Shown: positions 13,810 to 27,879, numbered from the stretch's first letter. The stretch: DNA of 64,000 bases from Ylistrum balloti (GCF_031769215.1 NW_026782411.1:62001-126000), one strand, 5' to 3'. A program made the numbers and translations. The notes: generated from the sequence alone by a model not told the origin.

Positions 13810-14274
13810 CGTCGTCGAAGTTACTCTGTCAGTTCTTCACGTCCCAGCATTCATGGTGCCTCTACTTCCGCCAAAGCACGTCCAGGTAGCCTTAGTCTTT
13901 CTTCTTCCGGTCCTACTAACCGATCAGTTTCAGCTGGTGGACGTGTGTCAGGTTTCGGAGCTGGACCATCTAGAACAGGGTCTCTCCAGTCAGGACTAAC
14001 CCCTAAAACTCCCAGTGGAGGGTACCAGTCCAGTACCGGGTATAGTAGCGCTGCATCTTACGGCAGTAAAAGTATAGCGGGTAGTGGTCCTAGTTATGGT
14101 GGAGTCCGGGCCGGAACTGACGTAGCTACTCTTCTAGCTGTTCCACGTGCCCGTAATAGCACTAGTGTTCACGTACCCAGTTCCGGCAGTGCCCGTGTTA
14201 GCTCAAGTGTTGGACCTAGAAGTCCTGTTGGGCGACCACCCCTGGTTGATAACACTAGAAAGCCTCCGGTCAGT
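13810..14274 (+). CDS. Internal coding exon, 155 aa, Ser/Gly/Arg/Pro-rich low complexity (RRRSYSVSSSRPSIHG...VDNTRKPPVS); putative N-terminal extension of the long FHOD isoform
   Basis: Acceptor TTTATTTTGTCTAG|C and donor AGT|GTAAGT. 465 nt open, phase 0-0, locally GC-richer than the flanks. Composition matches the giant exon at 54314. The ORF track shows only the part from 13945. Confidence 0.75.
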
Positions 14275-15129
14275 GTAAGTATGCTTGACCGCGTGGAGTG
14301 AAGTAATCCGGATATCCTTGTGCTTTCCAAGCCTTTTGTACCTTGGCGATATCGTTACGCCTAGACTCCCGTGTGAAACTGGGAAATGAGTTTTGATGAA
14401 ATTGCCCACGATTTCCTTCCCGATGTTGTCCTCCCTTGAGTGTTCAAACCATATTCTATGAAATTCCTGACTTTTCCTGCGTCACAACTCCTGGTTTAGA
14501 TCTATCCACAAAACAGACGACCTTTGACCTTGTTGTTGGTTGACTTACCTATTATTTTCTATTTCTACCATCTTTTCCCAACAGTTTTAAGTTAACCTGT
14601 TCTAGTTTTGTTTTACATGCTGTGTTTGGTTATGAACAGAATGCGAACGTTATTGCAAGGTCATCCCTGTATTTCGAATAACGACGCATATCACCATGAT
14701 AAAACAGAAATATACATAAAAATCAACTTGAAGAACAGGTAGATTCAAGCATTAGCGCTTTCATATTGTCAACATGCAAAGGTATGGTGGGTCGTCGTAA
14801 TCGTTGTAGCCGTCCTAACAATCAGTTTTGTGCGATGAATTCCTATTGCTCCATCAAACTCAAACGTCGTGCGAAGCTTCCTTGTGATATGTTACAATAG
14901 GGAGACGAGGAAGACAAATTATTTGTGTACGCTTACTTCAAAAACACTCAAACTTAAATTAGAATTTCTTGTTGAAGGCGCCTCCTTAAGATTCCTTTAA
15001 ATGGTTAATTTCAAGACAATGTCACATTTATCTTAAATGACAAAATTGTTTTTCTGCTGTTGACCTCACAAGCATGACATTAGATTCTGTGTATTCTATA
15101 CATGTACACCCTGATCTATACAGGGATGT

Positions 15130-15868
15130 TGGGACTGGATTGTACATTGTAATTCTGATACGGGGCCTGCACGGACTACTGGGTTGTATTTCTGTTACGG
15201 AGTCTATAAGGGGTACTGGGTTGTAATCCTGTTACGGGGTCTATAAGGGGTACTGGGTTGTAATCCTGTTACGGGGTCTATAAGGGGTACTAGGTTGTAA
15301 TCCTGTTACGTGGCCTATAAGGGGTACTGGGTTGTAATCCTGTTACGGGGCCTATAAGGGGTACTAGGTTGTAATCTTGTTACGTGGCCTATAATGGGTA
15401 CTAGGTTGTAATTCTGTTAAGTGGCCTATAAGGGGTACTAGGTTGTAATCCTGTTACGGGGCCTATAAGGAGTACTGGGTTGTGATCCTGTTACGGGGTC
15501 TATAAGGTGTACTAGGTTGTAATCCTGTTACGGGGCCTATAAGGAGTACTGGGTTGTGATCCTGTTACGGGGCCTATAAGGTATACTAGGTTGTAATCCT
15601 GTTACGGGGTCTATAAGGGGTACTGGGTTGTAATCCTGTTACGGGGTCTATAAGGAGTACTAGGTTGTAATCCTGTTACGGGGCCTATAAGGGGTACTGG
15701 GTTGTAATCCTGTTACGTGTTCTATACGGGTTACTAGGTTGTAATCCTGTTACGGAGCCTATAATAGGTACTAGGTTTAATTCCGATACGGGGTCTACAC
15801 AAGGTACTGGGGTTTTAATTCTGCTACAGGGTCTACACGAAGTACTGGGTGGTATATCAGTTACGGGG
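15130..15868. repeat. Tandem array, 37-bp unit (GGGGTACTGGGTTGTAATCCTGTTACGGGGTCTATAA), ~19 copies with degenerate edges
   Basis: CTATAAGGGG at 15241 and 15278. Confidence 0.96.
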
Positions 15869-17504
15869 TATATGTATTCTTCAATTTTATAGTTTATTCT
15901 GGTGTATCGTAAAATATTTCAATTCCATTAATTATATATAATTCTATTGTTGTCCGTCAGCTCGTTGTCTTCTAATTTTGATATTATTCTACCTGTTATT
16001 GTTGATGTGACGATATACCTACCGTTGTTAAACTGGGGTTTTTTTTTGACAAGGTCGTTTACTGTGGCTAGAAAAATATCTGTTATAAAACAGGTTTATA
16101 TAGGAACTCGTGGGAAATGGCACGCGATCTCCCTGTCCTGTGCCACTGATTAGAAAGGTTTTAACTAGGAAAGGAGAAGATTTAAACTAAGCAGATAATG
16201 TCGGTAGATAATAGAAAAATTGGGTAATTCTATTTCCAGCAGTGAAATATGATTCTCTTTGATACATCTTCGTGTAAGTTTCACACTGTGAGGATATTTT
16301 AGCCCATTAGTCTAAGCGGTCTGGTCTGTGTGGCAACTGGTAAGTCACATGTATTATTATAAGTAATATACGGACAGTCCATATCGGCGCCTGTTTTATT
16401 GAGTATACGGTAAATAGTTATCAGTCACACAAAGATAACTAGGTTTTATTATTCCAATCATTGATAGAAATGATCCGTAGAGATGGATTCTAGCCAACTT
16501 CCGGTTTTGATGATTGTTTTGGGAGTTATCGTTGTTCTTGGTAGTAAAAATACGAGGATTTATTATCTTTATCCGATAAAACCTTGTGGTATCTTGAACC
16601 TTGATCTTGTTTTGAATAAAAAGAACATCTACATATTTTATGTTTTGAATAATTCCTGTTCAAGAGTAGAATTTATACGACGAAATATGGTCGTGTATTT
16701 ATCCATTTTTAAATGTCTTCGTCCTTATTAGCTTGATATTACAATGAAAAAGACAAGTTTACTTCCGAAAAATTACGGAAACAACTGTTTGATTTGTCCC
16801 GTCACTGTATTAACGTCATCAATATTTCGTGTAATGATGTCACGTCACGTGATGTTACACGTGTTCGCCTGAGTGAATTTTAATTCACAAAAAAACAAAC
16901 AAACTAACTAACAAAAACAAAACCAATCCATTCACATTGTTTATCGATAAGATCCCTGTAACAGTTTCACTGTGGCATCATACTGTGTGAAGGAAAAGTT
17001 GATTTTGCGAAACCCGGTAGTCTTACACTCGTCAGAAAACGGATTGTTTCGTTTCTATAATTAGTAGCCCTATTAGAGCTGTTCGGATGCATGTTTTCTG
17101 TGATTCGAGTAATTGATGGATGGGTTTTAAATTGTACATGTCAGTTTAAGTATGTGCAATCGTCGATTTCAGTAAGGAATCTTTCTGACCGGGTCGATTG
17201 TCTACACTAGCCTTCAACCCTTTAACAGCTCACTGACAGGTTGATTGGAGTATTGGCACGGGCATATATCGAATTTTATCTACTCAGATATAGAAACGAT
17301 TGGTCCGAATTCCAACATAACCAAGCAGCGATGTTCATCATTACAGATATCTTCAGGTATCAGCTATCTGGTAATGCTTTTATTGGACAGCTTGGAGCAC
17401 GACTGCGCACGCACTTTTCACCACCGGAAGCAGTATCAAAAATATGAGTTGATAAAATACATTAAAAAAGTAAACGGCTAAGTTTTCTGTATGATTTGTA
17501 TAAA

Positions 17505-17800
17505 TAGTATAGAGGATCCTACAGGAGTGTTGATATAAAATGGCATGTGTTACATGAGTTCAATAATTTTATATGTCATGAGTCTTGGTAAGTCTCATAT
17601 TATTCACCGAATATGACATCGGCACAAGTACAAGACTTTATTTATCATATAAACCGTATTTCTGAAATAATCGATGAAAATTCAAATTGATTTCCATTTA
17701 ATACAGGCTTATTTCGAAGCGGGTTTTTTTATCATTATTTTTTCACAACTGAGACTGTAACGCCATCAAGACTTGACTTGCTTTTTTATGACGTCATAAT
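17505..17800. mobile_element. Possible degraded non-autonomous DNA transposon (MITE-like) fragment
   Basis: The start ATAGAGGATCCTACAGGAGTG...TTTATTTATCATATAAAC resembles, from memory, termini of common bivalve non-autonomous elements. No TIR or TSD could be confirmed. Confidence 0.2.
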
Positions 17801-19127
17801 AGTGTTATGAGACATGTATCGGATACGATATTCATGACATGGCCGTATGACATGACACTGCAAACAAGTTATGTGATGAGATCTATTTCAATCACTCTTT
17901 TTTATCTCGACATGTTACATACATACAGGAAGATATTCGTCAGAGATGCACTTGCGTGTGGTCTATGATATCGCTGTTATAAGTAGACATCGATCACGTG
18001 ACAAGTAAATGATAAGACAAACAAACCCGACAGGCGAAGTGTCAAGTTTGAAAACGAAACAGTGCTGCTTTGCTACACAAATCTAGAAAGGTAGCAGGTT
18101 TGACGAAACAGGCTTAGTGTAGCTATCACAGATTTGAACACAATATTTGTTCTGCGGGGTTTTATTGTACAATGGCAATTCATTTACTTAGTCATCCTAC
18201 ATTTAGTGTCTTATTCTATTCTATAAATTTCCTCCAAACTTTCATTCGTGTTTAATTTTGTTTTTCCCCATTCATGGTTTTCGAGGGCTACCTCTGTAGT
18301 TCCCCCCTAACTGACGTGTCTCTTATGTGACTAGTTAATGAATGACGTCATATGTAACTACACAGACTCGGAGAGAATCCGCAGGTGTTAACCTACAAAC
18401 TCATTTACCTACTACAACGACATGTTAATGTGTTTTATAATGTAGATGTGCATTTCCGAAACGTTCTTATCAAAACATGTGGATTAGGTACACGAAGTGG
18501 AGGGTGGACAAACAGCAAGGGGAAAGTGGCATTATACACCACATTATACCCGGTAATATTGGAAACATTAACGTCATTAAAATATATATAACTTCTGGAT
18601 TTTTGTTGGTATTCTTATTTTTTGGGAACCTATAATATATTGTAGTATGTGTGTAAAACTGTTCTATTTTTACTATTAGAATCCGTACACGTTTGTTTAC
18701 CAGAAAAAAAAACCCGAAACTACACAAAATAACAAGCAGTTCGTTATAATGTTCTGTTTTCACTCTCCTTTTCCTCATAAAACGCTCGCGTGCTGGTACG
18801 AAGTGTAAAGTTATGATGGCAGTGTGGATTCCGATTCAGGTACTGATTAGTATCGTGAAGGTCTCGCCATATCTTTGATTATGACGCACGTTCTAGAGAA
18901 CAATCTTATGCGCGTCTGTTGCACGTGCCGGAGTAACTGTTGCTTTAAAATGGCTTTTGTCTATGTTATAACCGCGGTATTGTCTAATCGACCTTTTATT
19001 GTGTAACGATATGTAGATACGTATTTACAGTACAATAGAACCGTTAAACAGTTATGGCTAAAACTATTAAGGTGTCATCATCACCGGGGTGCACCAAGAT
19101 TTGTTAGTAAATGCCAAGGTCATATGG

Positions 19128-19360
19128 TCGACGGATGGTGGGACAACTGGGTTTTATAACGGATGGTGGGACAACCATTTTCTATAATGGATGATGGGGC
19201 AAGTGGGTTTTATAGTGTTATCGTACTGAAATCCCTTGCATGACACTTTCTAAAGAGCATTTCAATGCAATACTCTGACAACTTTTTTCTAAACGACATT
19301 CCAATGTAATAATCAGACACCTTCTAAACAACATGTCAATGCAACACTCAGACACTTTCT
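19128..19360. repeat. Two short degenerate arrays (~28-bp x3, ACGGATGGTGGGACAAC...; ~36-bp x3, GACACTTTCTAAA...CAATGCAA)
   Basis: Visible imperfect repeats. Confidence 0.7.
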
Positions 19361-20060
19361 ATTCCGTGCTTTACTAAGATGTGACTTTTGGTTACTTTGT
19401 GAGTAGGATATTGAGGTTGGCATCTGATGTAGAGTGTGTCGTATCCTTTGATGGAAATGGTCAATAAATTTCTTTATTGTTGTTTAAAGACAAGACATCA
19501 ACGATACGTGAAAATGAAATGGAATGACATGGAACGGCTCTTGTTACCTGGTTTCATAGTTCTTCGGTACATTCAGCTTCATATAAAAACGAAAACAAGT
19601 TAGTTAAGACAGAGCACAGTTAGTTCTCATAACGTGTCGACGGTCTGTTCCAGGATCTAACCACAGAACTCTATAGAGTATTACCGTTCTCGGTAAAAAG
19701 AATGACAAAGTGTTAGAATTCTTATCGAATTTAATTTAAATAAACGTGTATATCAGAAAACCGATCAGTGTAAATAAAAATTAGACTGTAAACAGCTCTA
19801 AGTATGCTTACACACTAGATATTAAGATCTTGGTGAAGGCGTGGGAGGGGAGAGAAGCGAGGGGGTATGATTGCGAGGTGAGAAAGGGTACTAATGGAAT
19901 ACACTGTATCTGTTTTGTGCACATCTACCGATATATGCAGATGGCTGAGAAAGTCGTCGCAGTGCTTGCAACACGTGTGATGCTATTTATAGAAGACCAG
20001 ACTTTTTCTATCATTTATAGAAACTGAATGTTAATACAGAAATCACGCTGTCGTTGCAGA

Positions 20061-22353
20061 TACTGAGAGTTCATTATGTCATGGGATGGTTGTAATGTGG
20101 TATAATACTGAGAGTTAATGAAGACATGGGATGGTTGTAATGTGGTATAATACTGAGAGTTAATGAAGACATGGGATGGCTGTAATGTGGTATAATACTG
20201 AGAGTTAATGAAGACATGGGATGGTTGTAATGTGGTGTAATACTGAGAGTTAATGAAGACATGGGATGGTTGTAATGTGGTATAATACTGAGAGTTAATG
20301 AAAGACATGGGATGGTTGTAATGTGGTATAATACTGAGAGTTAATGAAGACATGGGATGGCTGTAATGTGGTATAATACTGAGAGTTAATGAAGACATGG
20401 GATGGTTGTAATGTGGTATAATACTGAGAGTTAATGAAGACATGGGATGGTTGTAATGTGGTATAATACTGAGAGTTAATGAAGACATGGGATGGTTGTA
20501 ATGTGTTATAATACTGAGAGTTAATGAAGACATGGGATGGTTGTAATGTGGTAGGATACTGAGAGTTAATGAAGACATGGGATGGTTGTAATGTGGTATA
20601 ATACTGAGAGTTAATGAAGACATGGGATGGTTGTAATGTGGTATAATACTGAGAGTTAATGAAGACATGGGATGGTTGTAATGTGGTATAATACTGAGAG
20701 TTAATGAAGACATGGGATGGCTGTAATGTGGTATAATACTGAGAGTTAATGAAGACATGGGATGGTTGTAATGTGGTATAATACTGAGAGTTAATGAAGA
20801 CATGGGATGGTTGTAATGTGGTATAATACTGAGAGTTAATGAAGACATGGGATGGTTGTAATGTGTTATAATACTGAGAGTTAATGAAGACATGGGATGG
20901 TTGTAATGTGGTAGGATACTGAGAGTTAATGAAGACATGGGATGGTTGTAATGTGGTATAATACTGAGAGTTAATGAAGACATGGGATGGTTGTAATGTG
21001 TTATAATACTGAGAGTTAATGAAGACATGGGATGGTTGTAATGTGGTATAATACTGAGAGTTAATGAAGACATGGGATGGCTGTAATGTAGTATAATACT
21101 GAGAGTTAATGAAGACATGGGATGGTTGTAATGTGGTATAATACTGAGAGTTAATGAAGACATGGGATGGTTGTAATGTGGTATAATACTGAGAGTTAAT
21201 GAAGACATGGGATGGTTGTAATGTGTTATAATACTGAGAGTTAATGAAGACATGGGATGGTTGTAATGTGGTATAATACTGAGAGTTAATGAAGACATGG
21301 GATGGTTGTAATGTGGTATAATACTGAGAGTTAATGAAGACATGGGATGGTTGTAATGTGGTAGGATACTGAGAGTTAATGAAGACATGGGATGGTTGTA
21401 ATGTGGTAGGATACTGAGAGTTAATGAAGACATGGGATGGTTGTAATGTGGTATAATACTGAGAGTTAATGAAGACATGGGATGGTTGTAATGTGTTATA
21501 ATACTGAGAGTTAATGAAGACATGGGATGGTTGTAATGTGTTATAATACTGAGAGTTAATGAAGACATGGGATGGTTGTAATGTGTTATAATACTGAGAG
21601 TTAATGAAGACATGGGATGGTTGTAATGTGTTATAATACTGAGAGTTAATGAAGACATGGGATGGTTGTAATGTGTTATAATACTGAGAGTTAATGAAGA
21701 CATGGGATGGTTGTAATGTGGTATAATACTGAGAGTTAATGAAGACATGGGATGGTTGTAATGTGGTATAATACTGAGAGTTAATGAAGACATGGGATGG
21801 TTGTAATGTGTTATAATACTGAGAGTTAATGAAGACATGGGATGGTTGTAATGTGTTATAATACTGAGAGTTAATGAAGACATGGGATGGTTGTAATGTG
21901 GTAGGATACTGAGAGTTAATGAAGACATGGGATGGTTGTAATGTGGTATAATACTGAGAGTTAATGAAGACATGGGATGGTTGTAATGTGGTAGGATACT
22001 GAGAGTTAATGAAGACATGGGATGGTTGTAATGTGGTATAATACTGAGAGTTAATGAAGACATGGGATGGTTGTAATGTGTTATAATACTGAGAGTTAAT
22101 GAAGACATGGGATGGTTGTAATGTGGTAGGATACTGAGAGTTAATGAAGACATGGGATGGTTGTAATGTGGTATAATACTGAGAGTTAATGAAGACATGG
22201 GATGGTTGTAATGTGGTATAATACTGAGAGTTAATGAAGACATGGGATGGTTGTAATGTGGTAGGATACTGAGAGTTAATGAAGACATGGGATGGTTGTA
22301 ATGTGGTATAATACTGAGAGTTAATGAAGACATGGGATGGTTGTAATGTGGTA
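20061..22353. repeat. Tandem array, 45-bp unit (TACTGAGAGTTAATGAAGACATGGGATGGTTGTAATGTGGTATAA), ~51 copies, very homogeneous
   Basis: 45-bp period (20341/20386); source of the 784-aa minus-strand ORF. Confidence 0.98.
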
Positions 22354-22390
22354 GCAAAGACTTTGACAATAAATAAGTAATAATTCGTTG

Positions 22391-23399
22391 AGGTTTGTAG
22401 AAGTTTACAGTTAATGTTGCTTACTGTCAGGTTATAGAAGTTTACAGTTAATGTTGTATATTGTCAGGTTATAGAAGTTTACAGTTAATGTTGTATATTG
22501 TCATGTTATAGAAGTTTACAGTTAATGTTGTGTATTGTCAGGTTATAGAAGTTTACAGTTAATGTTGTATATTGTCATGTTATAGAAGTTTAAAGTTAAT
22601 GTTGTTTATTGTCAGGTTATAGAATAGAAGTTTACAGTTAATGTTGTATATTGTCAGGTTATAGAAGTTTACAGTTAATGTTGTATATTGTCAGGTTATA
22701 GAAGTTTACAGTTAATGTTGTATATTGTCAGGTTATAGAAGTTTACAGTTAATGTTGTTTATTGTCATATTGTCAGGTTATAGTCAGGTTAAGAAATTAA
22801 CAGTTAATGTTGTATATTGTCAGGTTATAGAAATTAACAGTTAATGTTGTATATTGTCAGGTTATAGAAATTAACAGTTAATGTTGTATATTGTCAGGTT
22901 ATAGAAGTTTACAGTTAATGTTGCTTACTGTCAGGTTATAGAACTTTACAGTTAATGTTGTATATTGTCAGGTTATAGAACTTTACAGTTAATGTTGTAT
23001 ATTGTCAGGTTATAGAAGTTTACAGTTAATGTTGTATATTGTCAGGTTATAGAAGTTTACAGTTAATGTTGTATATTGTCAGGTTATAGAAGTTTACAGT
23101 TAATGTTGTATATTGTCAGGTTATATAGGTTAACAGTTAATGTTGTATATTGTCAGGTTATAGAAGTTTACAGTTAATGTTAACAGTTAATGTTGTATAT
23201 TGTCAGGTTATATAGGTTAACAGTTAATGTTGTATATTGTCAGGTTATAGAAGTTTACAGTTAATGTTGTTTATTGTCAGGTTATAGAAGTTTACAGTTA
23301 ATGTTGTATATTGTCAGGTTATAGAAGTTTACAGTTAATGTTGTATATTGTCAGGTTATAGAAGTTTACAGTTAATGTTGTTTATTGTCAGGTTATAGA
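22391..23399. repeat. Tandem array, 37-bp unit (TGTCAGGTTATAGAAGTTTACAGTTAATGTTGTATAT), ~27 copies
   Basis: Period 22681/22718; starts ~40 bp after the 45-bp array. Confidence 0.97.
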
Positions 23400-24664
23400 C
23401 AGTGAAAAAGGTAGAATATACACGTTATAGTCTGTTTCCGAAAGTATCATATATGTCTTAAATTAACAGGACAGCGTGATGCTTGTTACAGACAGTTAAC
23501 TAGTCATGTTACAGTTTACAGTAAAATACACAATATAAAACTACGGCCAGTATATGACTTGTGATAAACAATTACCAACTATAGAAATATTGCTACAAGG
23601 TTATTTTTCTATTCCTCATTTCCTAAAATAAATATATTTCGATTTTCTTTCGTTTATACATCATTTCCCTCTGCAGTTGAATGACCTGTATGTGTTTCGA
23701 AAGTTCGCCGGTTGGTACTCGTTGCCTCTTCCTCGGTAATTAATTTGAGAACATTACACTCTGCTCTTAGTCTTCTTGTCAAGTTAACGATAAGTGGTCT
23801 TGTAAAAAAGGGTTATTTTTAACCAGAATACGGTGTTGTTTATACGTGTGTATTCCCTGGTTGGTTACAAGCATTTTACGGTACATATGTGTTCATACAG
23901 ACACATTTATGTCAAGCTGGTACCATTTTCTGTATCTAATTAGTACCTGCCTTGATTCGTCAGATATATACACCACAAGTACTAAGACGACCCACTTTAT
24001 CACTATCTCTGTTCGTGTCAGACAAAACACCGTAGGTTCAACACATTGATGCTGAGTTTTATCTTAGAATAAATCAATTTCGACGTTTTTCTTAGACTAT
24101 TCACGGACATACTAATGATGTGTGGTAGTAAGAGGTAATATACGTGTCTTTCCATCCAGTTGTTCCATCCAGTTTTTCCAATACTGTAGATCTTATTGTG
24201 TTGGTGAAGCTGACGTGTCCTGTAGTAGGGTATCAAACAAGGTGAGATGCCACGCGCGAGGTCAAGGTCAGGACATGCATCAACGAGAGTTATCATCGTG
24301 AAGGCCATCATAGGCACCGACAAAGATGAAAATAAAGAATTGAAATGCTTTACACGTGCTGTTTTTTGTTAAAAAAAGAAATTTCAATCATTTCTTATCA
24401 AAATGGTGGTGTGTATGAATTCTTATATACCAATCAATTTTTTGTACAGCTAATACAAAAGGTGATCAACTAAAATAAATAAACAAAGGGAATTTAATTA
24501 ATGACATCCTTCAATAATTTCATGTATTTTTGTTAACACCTAAAATAAAGTATCACGGAAACACATTTGAACACTGAATTTATGTTTTCCCCACACGTTT
24601 AGAGTAAACAAAGAGCGAGTCATATAATTCATGGTGAAAGCGGATGAGACATAGAAATCGTGAT

Positions 24665-25260
24665 TAAAGCAGGCACGGGACGTACAATACGGGGTCTAAG
24701 CAGGCACGGGACGTATAATACGGGGTCTAAGCAGGCACGGGACGTACAATACGGGGTTAAAGCTGGCACGGAACGTACAATACGGGGTCTAAGCAGGCAC
24801 GGGACGTACAATACGGGGTTAAAGCAGGCACGGGACGTACAATACGGGGTCAAAGCATGCACAAAACGTACAATATGGGGCCACAGCAGACATAAAACGT
24901 ACAATACGGGGTCTAAGCAGGCACAAAACGTACAATACGGGGTCTAAGCAGGCACAAAACGTACAATACGGGGTTAAAGCATGCACAAAACGTACAATAC
25001 GGGTCAAAGCAGAAATAAAACGTACAATACGGGGTCTAAGCAGGCACGGGACGTACAATACAGGGTCTAAGCAGGCACGGGACGTACAATACGGGGTCTA
25101 AGCAGGCACAAAACGTACAATACGGGGTCTAAGCGGGCACAAAACGTACAATAAGGGGTCTAAGCAGGCACAAAACGTACAATACGGGGTCTAAGCAGTC
25201 ACGGGACGTACAATACGGGGTCTAAGCAGTCACGGGACGTACAATACGGGGTCAAAGCAG
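24665..25260. repeat. Tandem array, 31-bp unit (CGTACAATACGGGGTCTAAGCAGGCACGGGA), ~19 copies, degenerate tail to ~25435
   Basis: Period 25021/25052. Confidence 0.96.
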
Positions 25261-26944
25261 GGTCGTCGAATTAAGGGTCAAAGCAGGGGCGAGACGTAGA
25301 AATCGGATTCAAAATAGGGACATTGGGTTCGTGGTCAAAGCAGCGTCCAGATGCAGAAATCCGTGGTCTAAGCATGGACAAAACACAGAATCCAGAATCG
25401 AAACTTAGAAATCAGGGTTAAAGCAGGGACGAAACATATAGTTCAGCCGATTTTTATTGTCTCAGCGATCACAACATATTTCACAAGTGTTGTTTTAGCT
25501 GTAATTTTAATGTCATTACCATCAGGTATTTATTATCAGCATTATAAGATCGTCAAACTTGACCAGAGGTTAATAATTCATGATTACAGGGAATCCAACG
25601 ATATGAAAACAATATAAACTTACATCCTACATTTTCGATAAAACATATTGCAAATCATTGAAAATGAAAATAATTATGTCAGAAAAATTTAATCAGGTCT
25701 TGTAGGTTTTTCCGCGGCAAGGGAAGTAACTCCTACATGCTTGTCAGGACTTATCCCAATAAGCACAAAGCTGCTGATCTTTTAATGCGTTATTGGTCCA
25801 TATAAATTCGCAGTACAAATGTAATTTTATTGTAAAAAGTTCGATTTCAACAACAAAATCTAATTAGTTTTAGTTTTTTTTATCGCAAGATATTAAAATA
25901 TGTGAGACTCAGAGAAACGATATGACCAAATAGATAACTCCATCCATAGTATCTAAATAAATGTAACACTAACAGATATATTCTATAGTAATGCTTAATA
26001 GCCCCCAGGAAGCGGTTTTTCACTGCGTTAGGCCAATATATATTTTTTTCAAATTTTCTTGTTTTTCCTTCTTTTGTTAAGTGTTACAGATGATAACGCG
26101 TGTAGATTTTATAGAGCCATACAGATCTTGGACCGACAAATTCGTTTTCGTTTTTCGTTTTTTTTTTTTTTTTTTTGCTGTTATTTATTCATTGTCGGTA
26201 GCACCACGGGAAGACATGATATTTATAGAACAAAGTGTTAAATGGGGCTTTTATCAATGAATCGTGAAACTTGTTTATATTTTGTAGTAATCTCTATAGG
26301 TTGGATGGTATCATCTTCACTATAAATTGTCAAGTTTTCTTTTTGAGGGAAGATTATTTTCGATAATATATGGCCACTAAAGCTATTTTGAAGACAAATA
26401 ATCAAAATTTCGACACTTTTTTCCACAGTATCCTAACTTAACCCACACCGGGTTTTACATGAACGATAACCAGAGCCGTTGGTGGTGTGGATATTTTGAG
26501 TAAATAGATAAGCAGAGGATAGCCCTATATCATAAAAGTCGGTCCATCATACCGTTTACTTTTCACCTCCTCTAAGTACCGAAGCGAGAAATTAAATTAA
26601 AATACCATTATAAAATGGGTTTAGGTTTCAGTATCTGTGATCCCTTATCACACTTCACGTGCGCACGTGTATCTATAGGGATTGTAGCGCTATTACGTCA
26701 CAGACGCTCCAGATGAGCACTATCTGATTTAAAATATATGTCGGAACATAAAGTCAGCACCAGGGCGCCGTGCTGAAAACAGACATCTAATTTCTCTACT
26801 CATTAAAGAATACATGGAGAGATAATTTTCCTTAATCGAGTTATTTGAACATTTATGGCGATATCAACTCTAAGATTCCGTCTGATCAAACTTCTCGACT
26901 TCTCAAAGATGAATCGAGCGTACAGCACCGCATTTCAGCCTTTC

Positions 26945-27879
26945 TAAACTGAATCACGCGTAGAGTACCGCGTTTTAATCTGTGTAAACAACCATCGCGT
27001 ACAGTAACACATCTTTGCGTATTTAAACTGAACTTTGTGTACAAGAACACATCTTTACGTATTTAAACTGAACCTCGTGTACATTTAAACTAAACCTTGT
27101 GTACATTAACACATCTTTACGTATTTAAACTGAACCTCGCGTACAGTAACACATCTTCACGTTTTTAAACTGAACCTCGTGTACAGCAACACATCTATAC
27201 GTGTTTAAACTGAACCCCGTGTACAGTAACACATCTTTACGTATTTAAACTGAACCTCGTGTACAGTAACACATCTTTACGTATTTAACTGAACCTCGTG
27301 TACAGTAACACATCTTTACGTATTTAAACTGAACCTCGTGTACAGTAACACATCTTTACGTATTTAAACTGAACAACGTGTACAGTAACACATCTTTACC
27401 TATTTAAACTGAACCTCGTGTACAGTAACGAATCTTTACGTGTTTAAGCTGAACCTTGTGTACAGTAACACATCTTTACGTATTTAAACTGAACCTCGTG
27501 TACAGTAACGCATCTTTACGTATTTAAACTGAACCTCGTGTACAGTAACGCATCTTTACGTGTTTAAACTGAACCTCGTGTACAGTTACACATCTTTACG
27601 TATTTTAACTGAACCTCGTGTACAGTAACACATATTTACGTATTTAAACTGAACAACGTGTACAGTAACACATCTTTATCTATTTAAACTGAACCTTGCG
27701 TACAGTAACACATCTTTACGTGTTTAAACTGAACCTTGTGTACAGTAACACATCTTTACGTATTTAAACTGAACCTCGTGTACAGTAACGCATCTTTACG
27801 TGTTTAAACTGAACCTCGTGTACAGTTACACATCTTTACGTATTTTAACTGAACCTCGTGTATAGTAACACATCTTTAC
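26945..27879. repeat. Tandem array, 40-bp unit (TTTAAACTGAACCTCGTGTACAGTAACACATCTTTACGTA), ~23 copies
   Basis: Period 27301/27341; unrelated to the 40-bp array at 1-1209. Confidence 0.97.

Noticed and set aside
13712-13999. 95-aa hydrophobic ORF overlapping the 13810 exon
   Set aside because: It is an alternative frame of the S/G-rich exon. The other frame stays open to a consensus GTAAGT donor and fits the downstream phases.
20015-22369. 784-aa minus-strand ORF (SSLTLSIIPHYNHPM)n
   Set aside because: It is the translation of a 45-bp minisatellite lacking a stop in one frame. Unit variants are mostly non-synonymous, a 1-nt insertion at ~20302 shifts the frame mid-array, and it lies antisense within a predicted intron.
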